NCBI GenBank assembly: GCA_964016885.1
Contig: OZ024745.1
Location: 89,652,001-89,716,000 of the forward strand
From: Eledone cirrhosa
Lineage: Eukaryota
DNA: 64,000 nucleotides
Direction: 5' to 3'
The notes beneath the pieces are model-generated. The model was not told the origin of the DNA. It made no database searches and worked only from the letters and a program-made list of their open reading frames with translations. The position numbers and the translations under genes were made by a program. This document shows, one piece after another, positions 30,326 through 45,842 of this stretch; the first letter of the stretch is position 1; each line of letters opens with the position of its first letter.

Positions 30326-30358
<33 letters not shown>

Positions 30359-31604
30359 ATGTGTATCCTTAACATGTTTCTCCAGGAGAGTAAAACAAAG
30401 AACAAGGTGTGATAAGGGTGGCCTTTTTAATTAAAGACAGCTCAATTTTGGCAGATAAGTGAACTGGAGCAACGGGAAGTAAATTGTCTTGCTGAAGAAC
30501 ACAACCTGCTTATAGGAATCAAACTCATATTTTCAATAATATATGTGTGTGTGTGAGTGTATAATATATTAAACTTAAGCAAAATCCCAATTTGGGGGTG
30601 ATATAAGCTAGACCAAGTAAAATAAGTTGGTTTTACTTATATAATTCCCCAACCATGGTTTCTGGAATTCAAGAAACAACATTAATCATTCCAAAACATT
30701 AAATAACCAATATGATTTATATGTTTTTCCATTATTGTGATTTAAGATTATCATCAATATTGTTAACATCAATATTATTATTACTGTTGTTGTCTCTTAA
30801 ATAGTTTGAAAATGGAAATCAAAATTAATTGAAAAGTCTAAATACATTCTTCAATAAATTAAATAACATATAAAATCAATACTATTGCATATTCCTATTA
30901 GATTTAAATGTGTAATATACAAAAGTAAAAATGAGTGTAAGCAAGGAAAGAATACAATGTTTAAATGTATATAAATATAGATCTATAAAGCACTTAAATT
31001 CGTACAGTTTAAAACCTCTCTCGAGATTGATTTTCTTCCTCGATTGTTTGTTGCTATTTATAGTAGTTCTCTCGTATTTTTATATTTGTGGTGGTATGAT
31101 TTATTTCAACATACTGTATTGGACCAGTCAACCAGGGAGTGGGAGTACACGTGTACTGCTGTTATGTCTAGATAACACTTTTTCTGAATTAATTAATTCG
31201 ATTGTATAATCGTATCATATTACATGGTGCTACTTATATATTAATTTCCAAACTTATCACAGTTTATTCATATTGAAGACTCATTCCTCTTTGGATTGCT
31301 AACTTTCTCTTCTAAATTAATCTTAATGAGTTTGATTAATGAGATGTCTCTCATACAATTCGTGACTAGAATTGATTATTAAGTTAACGATTATTTTTCG
31401 ATAACACAAGTGTAATTTCAATGTATTACCATTTAGCGGATCATTATAGCAAGTATGTTAACTTTCACCTTGACATTTAGCTTAAAAAATAAAACTGTGA
31501 GCACACTGGACGTATCTCAAAGCAAGGGTTGTGGTACTGGGTGGCAGTGGATAACAGCAGTTAGTAAGGTATTCGATTCATTACTTGAGAGTAAACATCA
31601 AGTT

Positions 31605-31690
31605 TAATATAGAAATGGCTTCTACAGGACTACATCTATTTCATTTTGAATGAAACAACTCTAGTACTGTAGAAGCCATTTCTATATTAC
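31605..31690. repeat. Short fold-back retaining the 3' half of the 5789-type HHR
   Basis: aatatagaaatggcttctacag/ctgtagaagccatttctatatt arms; gaatGAAAca..ctgTAgaag. Confidence 0.6.
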
Positions 31691-32123
31691 ATTTCACGTA
31701 TATATATATATATATATATAAATTTGTCCAGAACTATATATGATTTTTACTGTACTTCATTTATCTGTAACCTCATGTATTTTATTTTATTTTATTTTAT
31801 TTATTGCATTTTATCTGCTCGTATTTTTCATGTTTTCCGCCTCATCTACCTTATATAAATAATAATGTTTGCGCTTATCTACCCTCTCATAATATGTATC
31901 ATCCAAATGTTCTAGAAGCAAAGTTTTTATCCTATATTTGTGTTTAACTTTTGTAACAACTCAAAAGAATCTTGTGCTAGGATGAAACGATCTTAATTAT
32001 TAAATATTTGATAGATTAAACACTCTTTGATTATTATTAACATTGTATTTCGGCTCTGTATTATACGTGTTATATTACATCAAGCTATACTCACACTTCA
32101 AAATTGGTAATATTTATTATTAC

Positions 32124-32171
<48 letters not shown>

Positions 32172-32362
32172 TAAACGGAATAGAAAATGCTGACAAATTG
32201 TTCACAGTTGAAAAATGGTTTAATTAGGAATAAAAGAGTATTAGTGATTGTATGGGTTAGTATTCAGTTGTGGTTTTAAGTTTTTAAGTTTTTTCCGGTT
32301 GCGCATTTCTAAATGCTTTTCAAAAATAATTTTGAGATAGAGTGTCCGTGCTGTTTGCTCTG

Positions 32363-32469
<107 letters not shown>

Positions 32470-33212
32470 AAAAACAGGTGAAAGTGAAAATTGAGAGAGA
32501 CAAAGATGAAAACAAAACAAAGGTAGAAGGGTTACCGTAGTGGAGATTTAATCCCAATATTTCGGGCTCACGCCCATCAACGGGGGAAAGTTCCAAAAGG
32601 GGGGGAAACAGGCCAAGCGGAGAAAGTTGTGATGTCGTTAAGACAGGAATGCCGTTATATATATATATATAGCTTATGCTAACAGAATAACTATGTAGCT
32701 TGTTCCCTTCCTCTCTACGGTTAGCTTTCCTCTTTGTTGTTTACTTGTCTCACTCGCTTTACGCGTTTTAATTGTCCTAATAACTTAATTTAGTTATTAT
32801 TGCACCGACGTGAGGTATATGATTTTTAATGAAATGAAATATCTATGATCGTCGGCAAATCACTGATGAGGGACTCATTTTATAACATGTTATCCATGTG
32901 CAACCTGCAGTATTCTTCTCCCCATTTTTTCACATATATATATATATGTATGTATATATAAATGAAAGGTATAGAAAACACTGCAGCGAAAAGCGAACAG
33001 CATTCCATAATATATAAGTGACTATAGCGTCAAAATGGGAAAAATAGTTAACATAAGATGTGGGAAAAATAATTTAAACTCATCTCAAAGAGAATCAGGA
33101 TATAAATTCATCCACAGAATTTAGTGAAATCCAGGGAAAAAGCAATAGAGCCTTAACTCATGATAAAATAAAGTTCAAAATACTTATCCTTCAATTTGGA
33201 AAAACTTCAAAT

Positions 33213-33291
33213 GCTCTGTATAGTCTTAAAAACTATTTCATGAAAACTTTCAGTGGAGATGGTCACGGTTGGGATTCATCATCAGCAGAGC
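33213..33291 (-). ncRNA. Canonical type I HHR
   Basis: Reverse complement: gctctg-CTGATGA-tgaa...ttca t-GAAA-tagt ttttaag acta-TA-cagagc. Confidence 0.85.
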
Positions 33292-33420
33292 TCAACTCGA
33301 TAACCAGGATTCTCATAGATTAATATACCAAAAAGAGAATTCTAAATATATATATATATATATATATATAGATAGATAGATAAATATACACGGGTGTGTA
33401 TGATTGTGTATAGAAAATTA

Positions 33421-34752
<1,332 letters not shown>

Positions 34753-34790
34753 TAAGAGGAATTCCAACTTTGTCTGATTTACTCGTTTTA

Positions 34791-36317
34791 TAGTAACTCT
34801 GGCAATTTCTCTAATCGTAATTGAAATTGCCCTATTAGAACTAAATGTCCTCTTAGTAACCAATGTCTTGATAAAAATTTAGTGTATGAATGTAAGATTA
34901 TAACTGGTACTAATTCTTTTACCTATTTTGGTTCCACTTCCACTTCCTTTAAAGCAAGATTTTATAATCACAATTCTTCTTTTAAATAACAACTTAAAAG
35001 AACTAACACACCACTCTCAGAACTCATATGGTCCTTAAAGGACAAAAATATTAACTACACAATTTTTGTAGAAAGGGTTGCAACGCCTCTCCTTACCTTA
35101 ATTCTTCCCTATCCAGAACATGTAATCTCTGCCTAGCGGAGAAATGTACCATTATCTCTAATTTTAATTCTATGATAAAAAGACGTACGGATTTATTTTC
35201 GCTCTGCTTGCATAAATCCCATAGAACTTTCCATAAAGTATACAGCTAATATCTTACTATCTAATTAGTTTAAAATCTTTTTTCTCAAACACTTTTATAT
35301 TTTTTACAAATATACCCATCTTTCTACCTTATTTCAGTATATTATACAATATTACTCATACATACTATGTCGTTAGCGGTCCCCTAATTTTCTTCTTTTT
35401 TAATTTATAATCTTTAATCTGCAACTTTTACTTCTCAATTACTTCTTAATTCATCTTATAACTCACTATAGCATTTTCCTTATATTCTCGGCCATACAAA
35501 TTTTTATTTTTAATATATACTAATATTACCATTAGAGAAATTTTGTAAACATTTTTTTTTGACGTTATATATTTTTTCTTCCTTGAATTTTTTCTTTCTT
35601 CTCTCCTTCCATGCTCGTATTAAATCTATTATTTACTTTTTCCTATTACAATATATAGAAACAAACTTGGACCCTAATTAATTCCTCTAAGTTCATAATT
35701 CATTTAACCTTAACTTCATTCACCTTATTTTCTTAATATATTTTATTTTAATAATACATTTTAATAAATTCCTTTTCGCACATCTTAGTAAACCCTTCAA
35801 TATATAAACCTTAAATAAATAGTATTCTTAATTCCTTTTTCTTTAATCATAAGCATCACCATTCATAAACCTCATTAACTTTTAATTTCTTCATTTTTTA
35901 AATTATGTATTATCTTGCAACGGCTTTTTTTTTATTTTTCTCTGTGACACAGTGTTTCTCAGTATTAATGGTTATCTCTCTCCCTCACTCACTTTCTCCT
36001 CCTCTCTCATCCTTCCTTCTTATACTCCTCCTCCGTCATCCTTTCCTTATTATTATATTTTTTTCTTCTATCTATATTCTTTCTTCCTCTTCCTTACCTT
36101 TTCCTTCACCCCTTCCTTTCCTTTTCCCCAATCTCATATATCCATCTTATATTATTTTTCATATGTTGACTTAACACTTCACTGCTCGCAAGTGCTTTTA
36201 AGCTTCATATCATGTCTCCCTATTTTATCTGATGAGAACGCAAATATCATCCCATGATGATATTTGTTTTTGAAATGAGCATACTAAAATACATGGAACT
36301 TTTTTAACCATCTTTTG

Positions 36318-36322
<5 letters not shown>
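34791..36322 (+). mobile_element. Penelope-like element, 5'-truncated: GIY-YIG remnant, T-rich UTR and HHR
   Basis: Translation from ~34828: [53 protein letters not shown]; later CNLCLAEK. Confidence 0.88.
36221..36291 (+). ncRNA. Type I HHR at the PLE 3' end
   Basis: tattttat-CTGATGA-..caaatatcatc ccat gatgatatttg..-GAAA-tgagca-TA-ctaaaata. Confidence 0.75.
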
Positions 36323-36355
<33 letters not shown>

Positions 36356-36361
<6 letters not shown>

Positions 36362-36580
36362 TAACAGATTAAATTTAAAGCAAAGAATCGCTGCTTTCAC
36401 CCTTAATGGGATCTTCTGACTTTCAGAAGATCACGTTAAGGGTCAAAGCAGCGATTCTTTGCTTAACTTTAATCTGTTATTTTAATAAATATTTGCTCTA
36501 CGGTTCTTATATATTTGATATATATTTATCGAGCCCTCTTTGGATTTATTGTTAAATCTTCAAATTTATTGTTATTACTA
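36356..36580. mobile_element. Fold-back element of the CAGAAGA-core family
   Basis: Arms 36356-36419 and 36423-36487; the tail matches the reverse complement of 12375-12470. Confidence 0.75.
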
Positions 36581-36591
36581 TATATATATAT

Positions 36592-37565
<974 letters not shown>

Positions 37566-38710
37566 TATTAGGAATGATACTGTATGAGTGATAAGTGATA
37601 AAAATTGTTCTGAAACACGTAAAACAGAACCCGTGTATTACATCCAATTACATTATGAATTGTATATCAATAGCATCTGAATGAAATACTAATCAAGCAT
37701 ACTCAAATGTCTATACAAATATGAAAGTTGTAAGCTTCATGACTGAAACTACTACGTCAGTCATATATACACAATACTGTCTTGCGTTGGCTGACAAAAT
37801 ACAGTACAGAAGACAAAACAAAATTTCCATGAAATAGTTGATAACACAACCATTATATGTAGTAATCGACAAAACAAAGAGATTAGCTATGGAAGCTTTA
37901 GTAATATAAGCATATAAACTAAAGATTAACATACTGATAATTCTCTTAGGATTAGACAATGAACGGTTACTACTTTTTAAAGGCAACTTGAAGCTTACAA
38001 TCAGAATTTTAAATCCGGTGATAACTATATGATCAATAACACAGCACCGTTCCAATAATTCTTGTTTAAGCTAAAGCGGGAAGCAGGGCTATTGCTACTA
38101 TAAACACTAACTACGCAGATGGCTTCGCAACAGGCAACACACTTTTATATAAACTATCAGAAAAACCAGCCTTCAGGTGGTTTTCTGCAAGCATGTGTAG
38201 TGCGGATATTGATATTATACGCAAATATATATGCATGTAGATATGATACATCAAATAAAAACGCAATTGACAATATGTTCAAAAATTGAACGAAATCTAT
38301 GTTACACGCTCTTCTGCAATCAGTAAAGTAATCCATGATACATTTAAAAAAGACGATATTATATATAAACTGCATTAGGAGAAAATTAGCGACGGAAATA
38401 TATGCGATGTTTTTATAAGTGTTATAATATAACTGGAATTGTTGACATTTGAAAATGTTAAAGAGGTAAATCTTTAAATAAGCAATGACATATATTTAAT
38501 CAAGAATTAAGAAGTTTAGTATATGAATTATGTAATGTTCATTCATTATTTATTCAAAGTAATCCAACTTATTTTACAACCGGGGTAAAAATATATATTC
38601 TGGACGCAATTCCACACTCCTTTCTTTATTATAGTTAAGATTTGTATAATAAATTAAATATATATATATATAAGAGTGTGTTTCTTATTGGCAACATGAC
38701 CCTCCCAAAG

Positions 38711-38760
<50 letters not shown>

Positions 38761-38894
38761 TGTTATACTTTGGGAGGGTCATGTTGCCAATAAGAAACAC
38801 ACGCACCAAAGTATAACAATATCGGTTTCAACACACGTTTTCAGATAAAGAATCTTGCTGAACAAATTCAGAAACGAAATATATATATATGTAA

Positions 38895-39115
38895 TTATAA
38901 AGAAAGTGCTCAAGCGCAGAAATGCTCTAAAGATAGCTTATAAAATAGGGTGAAGACCCTTTAAAACTGAAAAGGGCACTTGCCATCAAATACTATGAGG
39001 AATTGAACCCCATATCTTCCAGATACATGCTACTTCTTTTTCGTCTTTAAGGGTCTTCAGTCTGGTTTATAAACGCTCTTTAAAGCATGTCTGCGCTGAA
39101 GCACTTTCTTTATAC
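38895..39115. repeat. Old fold-back with degenerate HHR-like core
   Basis: Inverted arms; the - strand reads ccaga-CTGAAGA-ccctt...TA-tctgg, but the GAAA register is unclear. Confidence 0.45.
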
Positions 39116-39228
39116 TGATATATATATATATATGTATGTGTGTAAAAGGTAAACAAAAATAACAACACAGTTGGTACAGTATATGGAAGGAATATATTAG
39201 GTTAACGCTTGAAATAGCAGGAAGAGGG

Positions 39229-39264
39229 TCTTAACGTTTCGGACGCTAGTCCTTTACCAGAAGA
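39229..39264 (-). ncRNA. Degenerate minimal HHR; sister copy on the + strand at 43652-43687
   Basis: tctt-ctggtaa-a ggac tagc gtcc-GAAA-cgtt-aaga; the sister copy keeps CTGATGA but has lost GAAA. Confidence 0.5.
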
Positions 39265-39482
39265 AATTATGAGAAATAAGATAGATTGAAAGGACGGGCG
39301 TGGTGGAATTGGAAAAAAGGTCCTTAGATAAAAAATAACCGGTCCATTCATGTTGACAAGCCGAATATTCGGTTTCGTAAATTGTTCGTTTAAATATATA
39401 ATTTCCTGCGGTCAATAAATCAATTACTAAACATTTTGTTATGTAGCAGAGTTGTTGAAATATCCAAAACGTGAGATAGTGT

Positions 39483-39535
39483 CGTCTTCTACATGCCTAG
39501 AACTGTTTCATTCAAAAGAATCAGCAGAAAAGCCG
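39483..39535 (-). ncRNA. Degenerate HHR of the 5789 family
   Basis: Reverse complement: ctttt-CTGCTGA-ttc tttt gaa t-GAAA-cagttctaggcatg-TA-gaag. Confidence 0.55.
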
Positions 39536-41831
39536 ACTGTCCTTGTAAAATTGTTGTATTTATATTTTTTCTAGTGGTTGGGAAAGACGGTGATTTTGTG
39601 GGTAGGTGGAGGTCATTGGCCAAGGGATTTTAACGAACAGCGATTCTTTGAAAATAAAACTATTTTTAGATATATAAGACAAGGACTACTTTATATGTAA
39701 ATAAACTTTAGTTGTTGAAACGATGTCCGAACGAGTATCCTCCACCACCAACTAACTTGCCTTCCGCCACTGGGTCCTGACCCACAGGAAGGAGAATGTA
39801 TTGATCCGGAGGATGGCGAGGGAGTGACGCTAAAACAGCCACTCGTGGTGTGGACGAGTGTGAAATGTGTAGTTGAACATGCTAGCTTACTGTGGTCAGA
39901 GGAAGAAGTATTCAAAACTACGTTCCTCAACTTAATTTCAAATTATCCTACTTGGTTGTCTGAGGTGCAAAACAGGATCATGGAAGCACGCATCGCAATG
40001 CTAGTATAAGGCGTTAAATACGCATGCGCCGGCGTAGCAGATGAGCTCTAAAAATATTGGTAAAACTATGCGCGTGTGTGTGTATGTGTTGATACGACTT
40101 TATCTCCGCTGGTGTTTGATAAAAAAAAAGTAGAGATGTCAATGTAGTCGCCTCTAGCCGCTGAAGCTGCTGCTCCAGCATGGTCTCTGTCCAATGGTTT
40201 AAGCAGTAACAGAATAAAAGAATAAAACAATATATGTATATACATACACATGTAGTCTTTTGTGTGTATATGTATATTTGCATATGTATTATACTCCTAA
40301 AATCAATAGTACGATTGAAAGTATAATATCCACTATGACAATAAAGCAAGTTTTGGAGAAAAAAATGTCCTGTGTCTAAAATCGTTCAATAAATGGCTGT
40401 CCTTATTCTATGTTTGCTTGTTTTTACATGAAAATACTTGTAAATAGTTCGAAAATATTCGTAACAGAGATATCAATAATGCATTCGCTTTTATAATGAG
40501 TTCTAAAAGCTATATTTATATATTGATAAGAGAATGTCTTTGCTTGTTAATACTGTAGTCAATGACGGATGAATTACACAAACCTTTATCGAATCAGGCA
40601 TATTTAAAAATTAATAATATTCATATGCAGTGAATAGGTTTTGTGCTTTGAAGAGTATATACATCATCTCTTCGTGTATATTTAACTACTCGTTCTCACT
40701 TATGACTTGAAAAGAATGATATTCTAAGACTTCTTTTGTAAAATTCTATTCCATATTTTCAATTTAGAATTTTCAACATGAAAAATTGTGAATCTCAATT
40801 TAATAAGCAGCTGCATTTTTCTAATTGTTAAAACTATCAGTATGTTATTGTAACATTTCAGATACCAAATGTCTCTATTATATGATTGGACATTCGAAAT
40901 CATTGATATCTATCTACAGTTGATTATCTTCTCTTGTTATTGGTATCATGCAATTGTAATACTTCACAAGAGAAAAATAACAACTTATCTTAAAAACTGG
41001 AATCATGCATTTGATAATGTAGTATTGAAAGGCAGCGTTGGGGCTGTTAATTTCCTTCTTCAGAATATCTCAGATATGGCCTGTTGGCTAGGACTATTTT
41101 TCACCCAGACTGAATATTATCCCAAAATAATTGCATGTGCAATATCTAAACCAATTTCTTCTATATCGAAATAGTCTTTTATTTAATAGAGAATTAGTTA
41201 TCATTGGGTATCAAATCGCGTATATTTAGAATATTGTTTATCACTGTTTTAAAAGCCTTGATAACTATGTTGCTATTATCTACTGTTGTGAGTTTCTCTC
41301 AGAATTTTGTCGGCTATCTTCGGAATTTTTAAAATGTATTTGTTTTAGTTGGGTTTTAAATTATTTCGATCCAGGATTAACAGTGAAGTTGTCTATGTCG
41401 TCATCAACAGTAAGACATGTTTGTCGCTTACAGAGATATTCGACTCAATTATTTAATTTTATTATCTTGGTTCTGACTGCGATGTTAGTATTACACTAAA
41501 GTGTGTTTAGTGGTTTTATTATAGATTTTTTTCGTGATATTATCATTAAGTATTTTTTGTTTTTAGAAGACTTCATTTAGTATAAGACATTTGTTTTAAC
41601 AGAGAATAGGGATATTAGCTCAAGGCAAGTTCTGAAAAGGATTTTATATTTACAGAATTTTACATCAGATATTCCGTCTAGAAGGTCAATTTATAAAGTT
41701 TCTAGAACTTTAACTGGAGATGAGGGGCACTGGTTGTTTTTATCTTGTAGTTTTCTATACAACAGAACACAATGTTAGTCACAAAGAAGGCTTTCCATCA
41801 TATGTATTTAATTTGCTTCACTATCTCCAAA

Positions 41832-42020
41832 TAATTGTTTCTACTTTAGGCATAAGGCCAGCAAATACCCAGTGCATTACTGGTACTTTATTTTATCGAC
41901 CCCGTAAGGATGAAAGGCAAAGTCAACCTCGGCGGGATTTGAACTCAGATCGTAAAGGGACGTAACTATGCTGGAAAGCATGGCGTCCGACCCTCTACCG
42001 ATACTGCCAAACCACCGCCT
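41832..42020 (-). mobile_element. SINE, main family, near full length
   Basis: Complete head-to-tail match to the other copies. Confidence 0.9.
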
Positions 42021-42699
42021 TCACTAGCTCCAAATAATATCATTCAAATAGCCCATCATCCAATTTAGTGATAGTTATAACTTTGTGAAACTCATCTTAA
42101 GTAAGAATATAATTTACAGCAATCTTTAGCAACATGAAAATAAAAGAGAACTCAATACAGTCTAGAGTGCAAATATATATTTACTTCAATCTGTTATTTT
42201 ACAATCCTTCATTAACATAACCTAAAGTATTTTTTTACATACTCTATCATCTGCCATCACGATTTAACAGTGTGGTTGCGATTATTCATACCACAATTAT
42301 TCTACCTATAACACATTAGACACAGAAAGAGTGTGAGGGAAGAAGGAGAAAAAGTGAAAGTATGGAAGAGTGGGCGGGGAAATATTTATTAAAACCAGAC
42401 AGAAACCTAACATTACATCATATCTCTTTTTCCATTAATATTCTCAAACACCTCTTTTCGAGAACTGGAGATATTTAATTGAATTCTATAAAGAAAATGC
42501 CACACCTGGTTGAATGCTTTTTTTCTCGTTTTATCAATATCTTGTATGGGTGTATATGTGTTTGTGTGTCCATCTATTTGCGATTGTGTATTTCTATATA
42601 AATGATATTAATATGCTTTACATTTATATTAATTCTTAACGTTATTTTTCTCCTTCCTTCTTCCATACCTTCTCACGCTCTGTCATTCACTTTCTCACA

Positions 42700-42840
42700 C
42701 TCTCTCTCACTGTATCAATCTATCTATTTGTCTCTCTAACTCTATCTATCTATCTATTTATCTCTCTCACCCCGTCTCTCTCTCACTCTCTCACCCGCTC
42801 TCACTCTGTCAATCTATCTATCTATTTATCTCTCTCTCTC

Positions 42841-42884
<44 letters not shown>

Positions 42885-42951
42885 TCTCTCTCTCTCTCTA
42901 AACTCTGTCTATCTATCTGTTTATCTCTCTCCCTCTGTCTCTATCTCACTC

Positions 42952-43024
<73 letters not shown>

Positions 43025-43050
43025 ATATCTATCTATCTATCTATTTATCA
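42700..43050. repeat. (CT)n/(CTAT)n compound microsatellite
   Basis: Direct inspection. Confidence 0.9.
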
Positions 43051-44020
43051 CTCAATCTATTTAACACTGTATACACCAATATTTGTTCAGAATGGTTTGT
43101 CTTCTTTAACAAACTTATTTAGTTCTATCATTTTGTATAAGCCACGATAAACGTTATCTCTAAGTTTCAGAATCTTCATTGTAAACTTTAGCCTTTCTTC
43201 TCCCGCTCTATCTTTTTCTCATCTACCATAAATACACCCTATACGATATTTCTATTTTGTGTGTGGTGATGCAGCATTTAGTACGATCAACGCTACGGGG
43301 AGAATCTCAACTCTACTGTTGTTAGTTCAGTCCCTGGAATATTCTCAAAAGATTGTAGCGTTAATCTCTATATCTGCAGAATCATATATCTTAGCTCTGC
43401 TTATAAATGTGAGCTTTCTCGCGTATACTGTCTCGCAATAGTTGTTCCCATTATCCCCACCTGGATATAACAAAGATGGATGTTGTGTCCAGGAGGTGAA
43501 AAGAACAACACGCACACTTATATGATGCGCCTCAATGATAGACCTGGACCTACCGTCACACATTAAGTACACACTTCATGTCGGTTGACACTCCCACTTG
43601 CTTGCCTACATCATCCATCCTGGAAAACCCTTTAAATTTCCAGCCTTACTCTTTTCTGATGAAAGACTAACATCCGATATGATGAGACATTATTTTTCTT
43701 TTTTCTCCTAAGTGTGAACATATATGACTTTATGTAATTATTACCAGTGTTTGACTTTTTAAAATATAAGTATATATGTGAGTGTGTGAGTGTGTGTGTG
43801 TGAATGTGCACACCTGTATGTTTCTTTTTATGTTTAACTAGTAGAATAGTATAAAATTGGCGATAAATCAAAACGAATAACGTAGACATTCCATACATAG
43901 AGATCGATTTGAATAACAGTACAAATCAAATTAATAACTGGGATAGATAACATTAATTAAATTACTTACCAGCAGTCTAACAGCAAAACAACAGTCGATT
44001 TACTAAACTCAGAAAAAAGG

Positions 44021-44089
<69 letters not shown>

Positions 44090-44720
44090 AGTATGTATGT
44101 AACTGTACATACATATATGTATACAGACGTACAGTAGTATGTATATGTATACATACATGCACACATATATATATATGTACGTATCAGTTTACCGAACATT
44201 TATTATAATGCTCGGTTTGTTTGTAAACAAACAAACAGCCCGAATTACGCCGTACAGTGTTTAGGCAACCACGTCACCTTTTTGTTAAACACTGACACAG
44301 TAACGATGTACTTGTTTCAAGCTTATTAGCTATCGTAGGCATCGTATAATTTCCTGCCAGATGGTTGAACGTCTGAAAGTATATACCTTCCTTATGCATA
44401 TTAACGACTGAGCAGCCTAATTTGCATATCGAGTGAGTTTAGTCGGCCGGGCGCACCGAAAACGATAAATGGAATAGAATGAAACCAAATTTCATTTCTC
44501 ACTCTTAGTACGGCAGTTACTTAAATGTAAGTATGTATATATACAGACGTACAGTAGTATGTATATATATACATACATGCACACATATATATATGCACGT
44601 ATCGGTTTATCGAATATTTATTATAATGCTCGGTTTGTTTGTAAACAAACAAACAGCCCGAATTACGCCGAACAGTGTTTAGGCAACCACGTCACCTTTT
44701 TGTTCAACACTGACACAGGA

Positions 44721-44763
44721 ACGCTGTACTAGTTTCAAGCTTATTAGCTATCGTCAGCATCGT
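44721..44763 (-). ncRNA. Minimal type I HHR, unit 2
   Basis: Reverse complement: acgatg-CTGACGA-t agct aata agct t-GAAA-ctag-TA-cagcgt. Confidence 0.85.
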
Positions 44764-45138
44764 ATACCTTCCTGCCAGATGATTAAACGTATGAAAGTAT
44801 ATACTTTCCTTATGCTTATTAACGGCTGAACAGCCTAATTTGCATATCGAGTGAGTTTAGTTGGCCGGGCGCACCGAAACCGATAAATGGAATAGAATGA
44901 AACCAAATTTCATTTCTCACTCTTAGTACGGCAGTTACTTAAATGTAAGTATGTATGTATACAGACGTACAGTAGTATGTATATATATACATACATGCTT
45001 ACATATATATATGCACGTATCGGTTTATCGAATATTTATTATAATGCTCGGTTTGTTTGTAAACAAACAAACAGCCCGAATTACGCCGTACAGTGTTTAG
45101 GCAACCATGTCACCTTTTTGCTCAACACTGACACAGGA

Positions 45139-45181
45139 ACGCTGTACTAGTTTCAAGCTTATTAGCTATCGTCAGCATCGT
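45139..45181 (-). ncRNA. Minimal type I HHR, unit 3
   Basis: Identical to the unit 2 motif, exactly 418 bp away. Confidence 0.85.
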
Positions 45182-45712
45182 ATACCTTCCTGCCAGATGA
45201 TTAAACGTATGAAAGTATATACTTTCCTTATGCTTATTAACGGCTGAACAGCCTAATTTGCATATCGAGTGAGTTTAGTCGGCCGGGCGCACCGAAAACG
45301 ATAAATGAAATAGAATGAAACCAAATTTCATTTCTCACTCTTAGTACGGCAGTTACTTAAATGTAAGTATGTATGTATGTATACGTACATACATATATGT
45401 ATACAGACGTACATCAGTATGTATATATATACATCCATGCACACATATATATAAGCACGTATCGGTTTACCGAACATTTATTATAATGCTCGGTCTGTTT
45501 GTAAACAAACAAATAGCCCGAATTACACCGTACAGTGTTTAGGTAACCACGTCACCTTTTTGTTCAACACTGACACAGGAACGATGTACTAGTTTCAAGC
45601 TTATTAGCTATCGTGACTAAACTCACTCGATATGGAAATTAGGCTGCTCAGCCGTTAATATGCATATGGAAAGTATATACTTTCAGACGTTCAACCATCT
45701 GGCAGGAAATAT

Positions 45713-45755
45713 ACGATGCTGACGATAGCTAATAAGCTTGAAATTAGTACAGCGT
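45713..45755 (+). ncRNA. Minimal HHR in the inverted terminal segment
   Basis: acgatg-CTGACGA-tagctaataagctt-GAAA-ttag-TA-cagcgt. Confidence 0.75.
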
Positions 45756-45842
45756 TCCTATATATATACATATACATATAAATATATAAATACATATATA
45801 TACATATACATATAAATATATATAAATATATATAAATATATA

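Larger units (their letters stand above)
44085..45759 (-). mobile_element. Tandem array of ~418-bp units, one minimal HHR per unit (non-LTR retrozyme-like), with a terminal inverted segment
   Basis: Units start at 44085, 44525, 44943 and 45361 (partial, to 45614); 45615-45759 is an inverted piece of the unit; flanked by (AT)n. Confidence 0.88.

Noticed and set aside
32861-32930. CTGATGA at 32863 as an HHR
   Set aside because: No GAAA or stem I in register; similarly incomplete motifs near 28240, 32545 and 38825 were not called.
39700-39930. GC-richer segment as an exon or LINE remnant
   Set aside because: Too degenerate to assign without a database search.
37711-41174. Hydrophobic ORFs (37711-38055, 40869-41174) as host membrane-protein exons
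   Set aside because: No recognisable motif or splice structure; expected by chance in AT-rich DNA.
44085-45614. CRISPR array or ordinary satellite
   Set aside because: Whole units repeat with no unique spacers and no cas genes; the ribozyme and inverted cap argue against a plain satellite.
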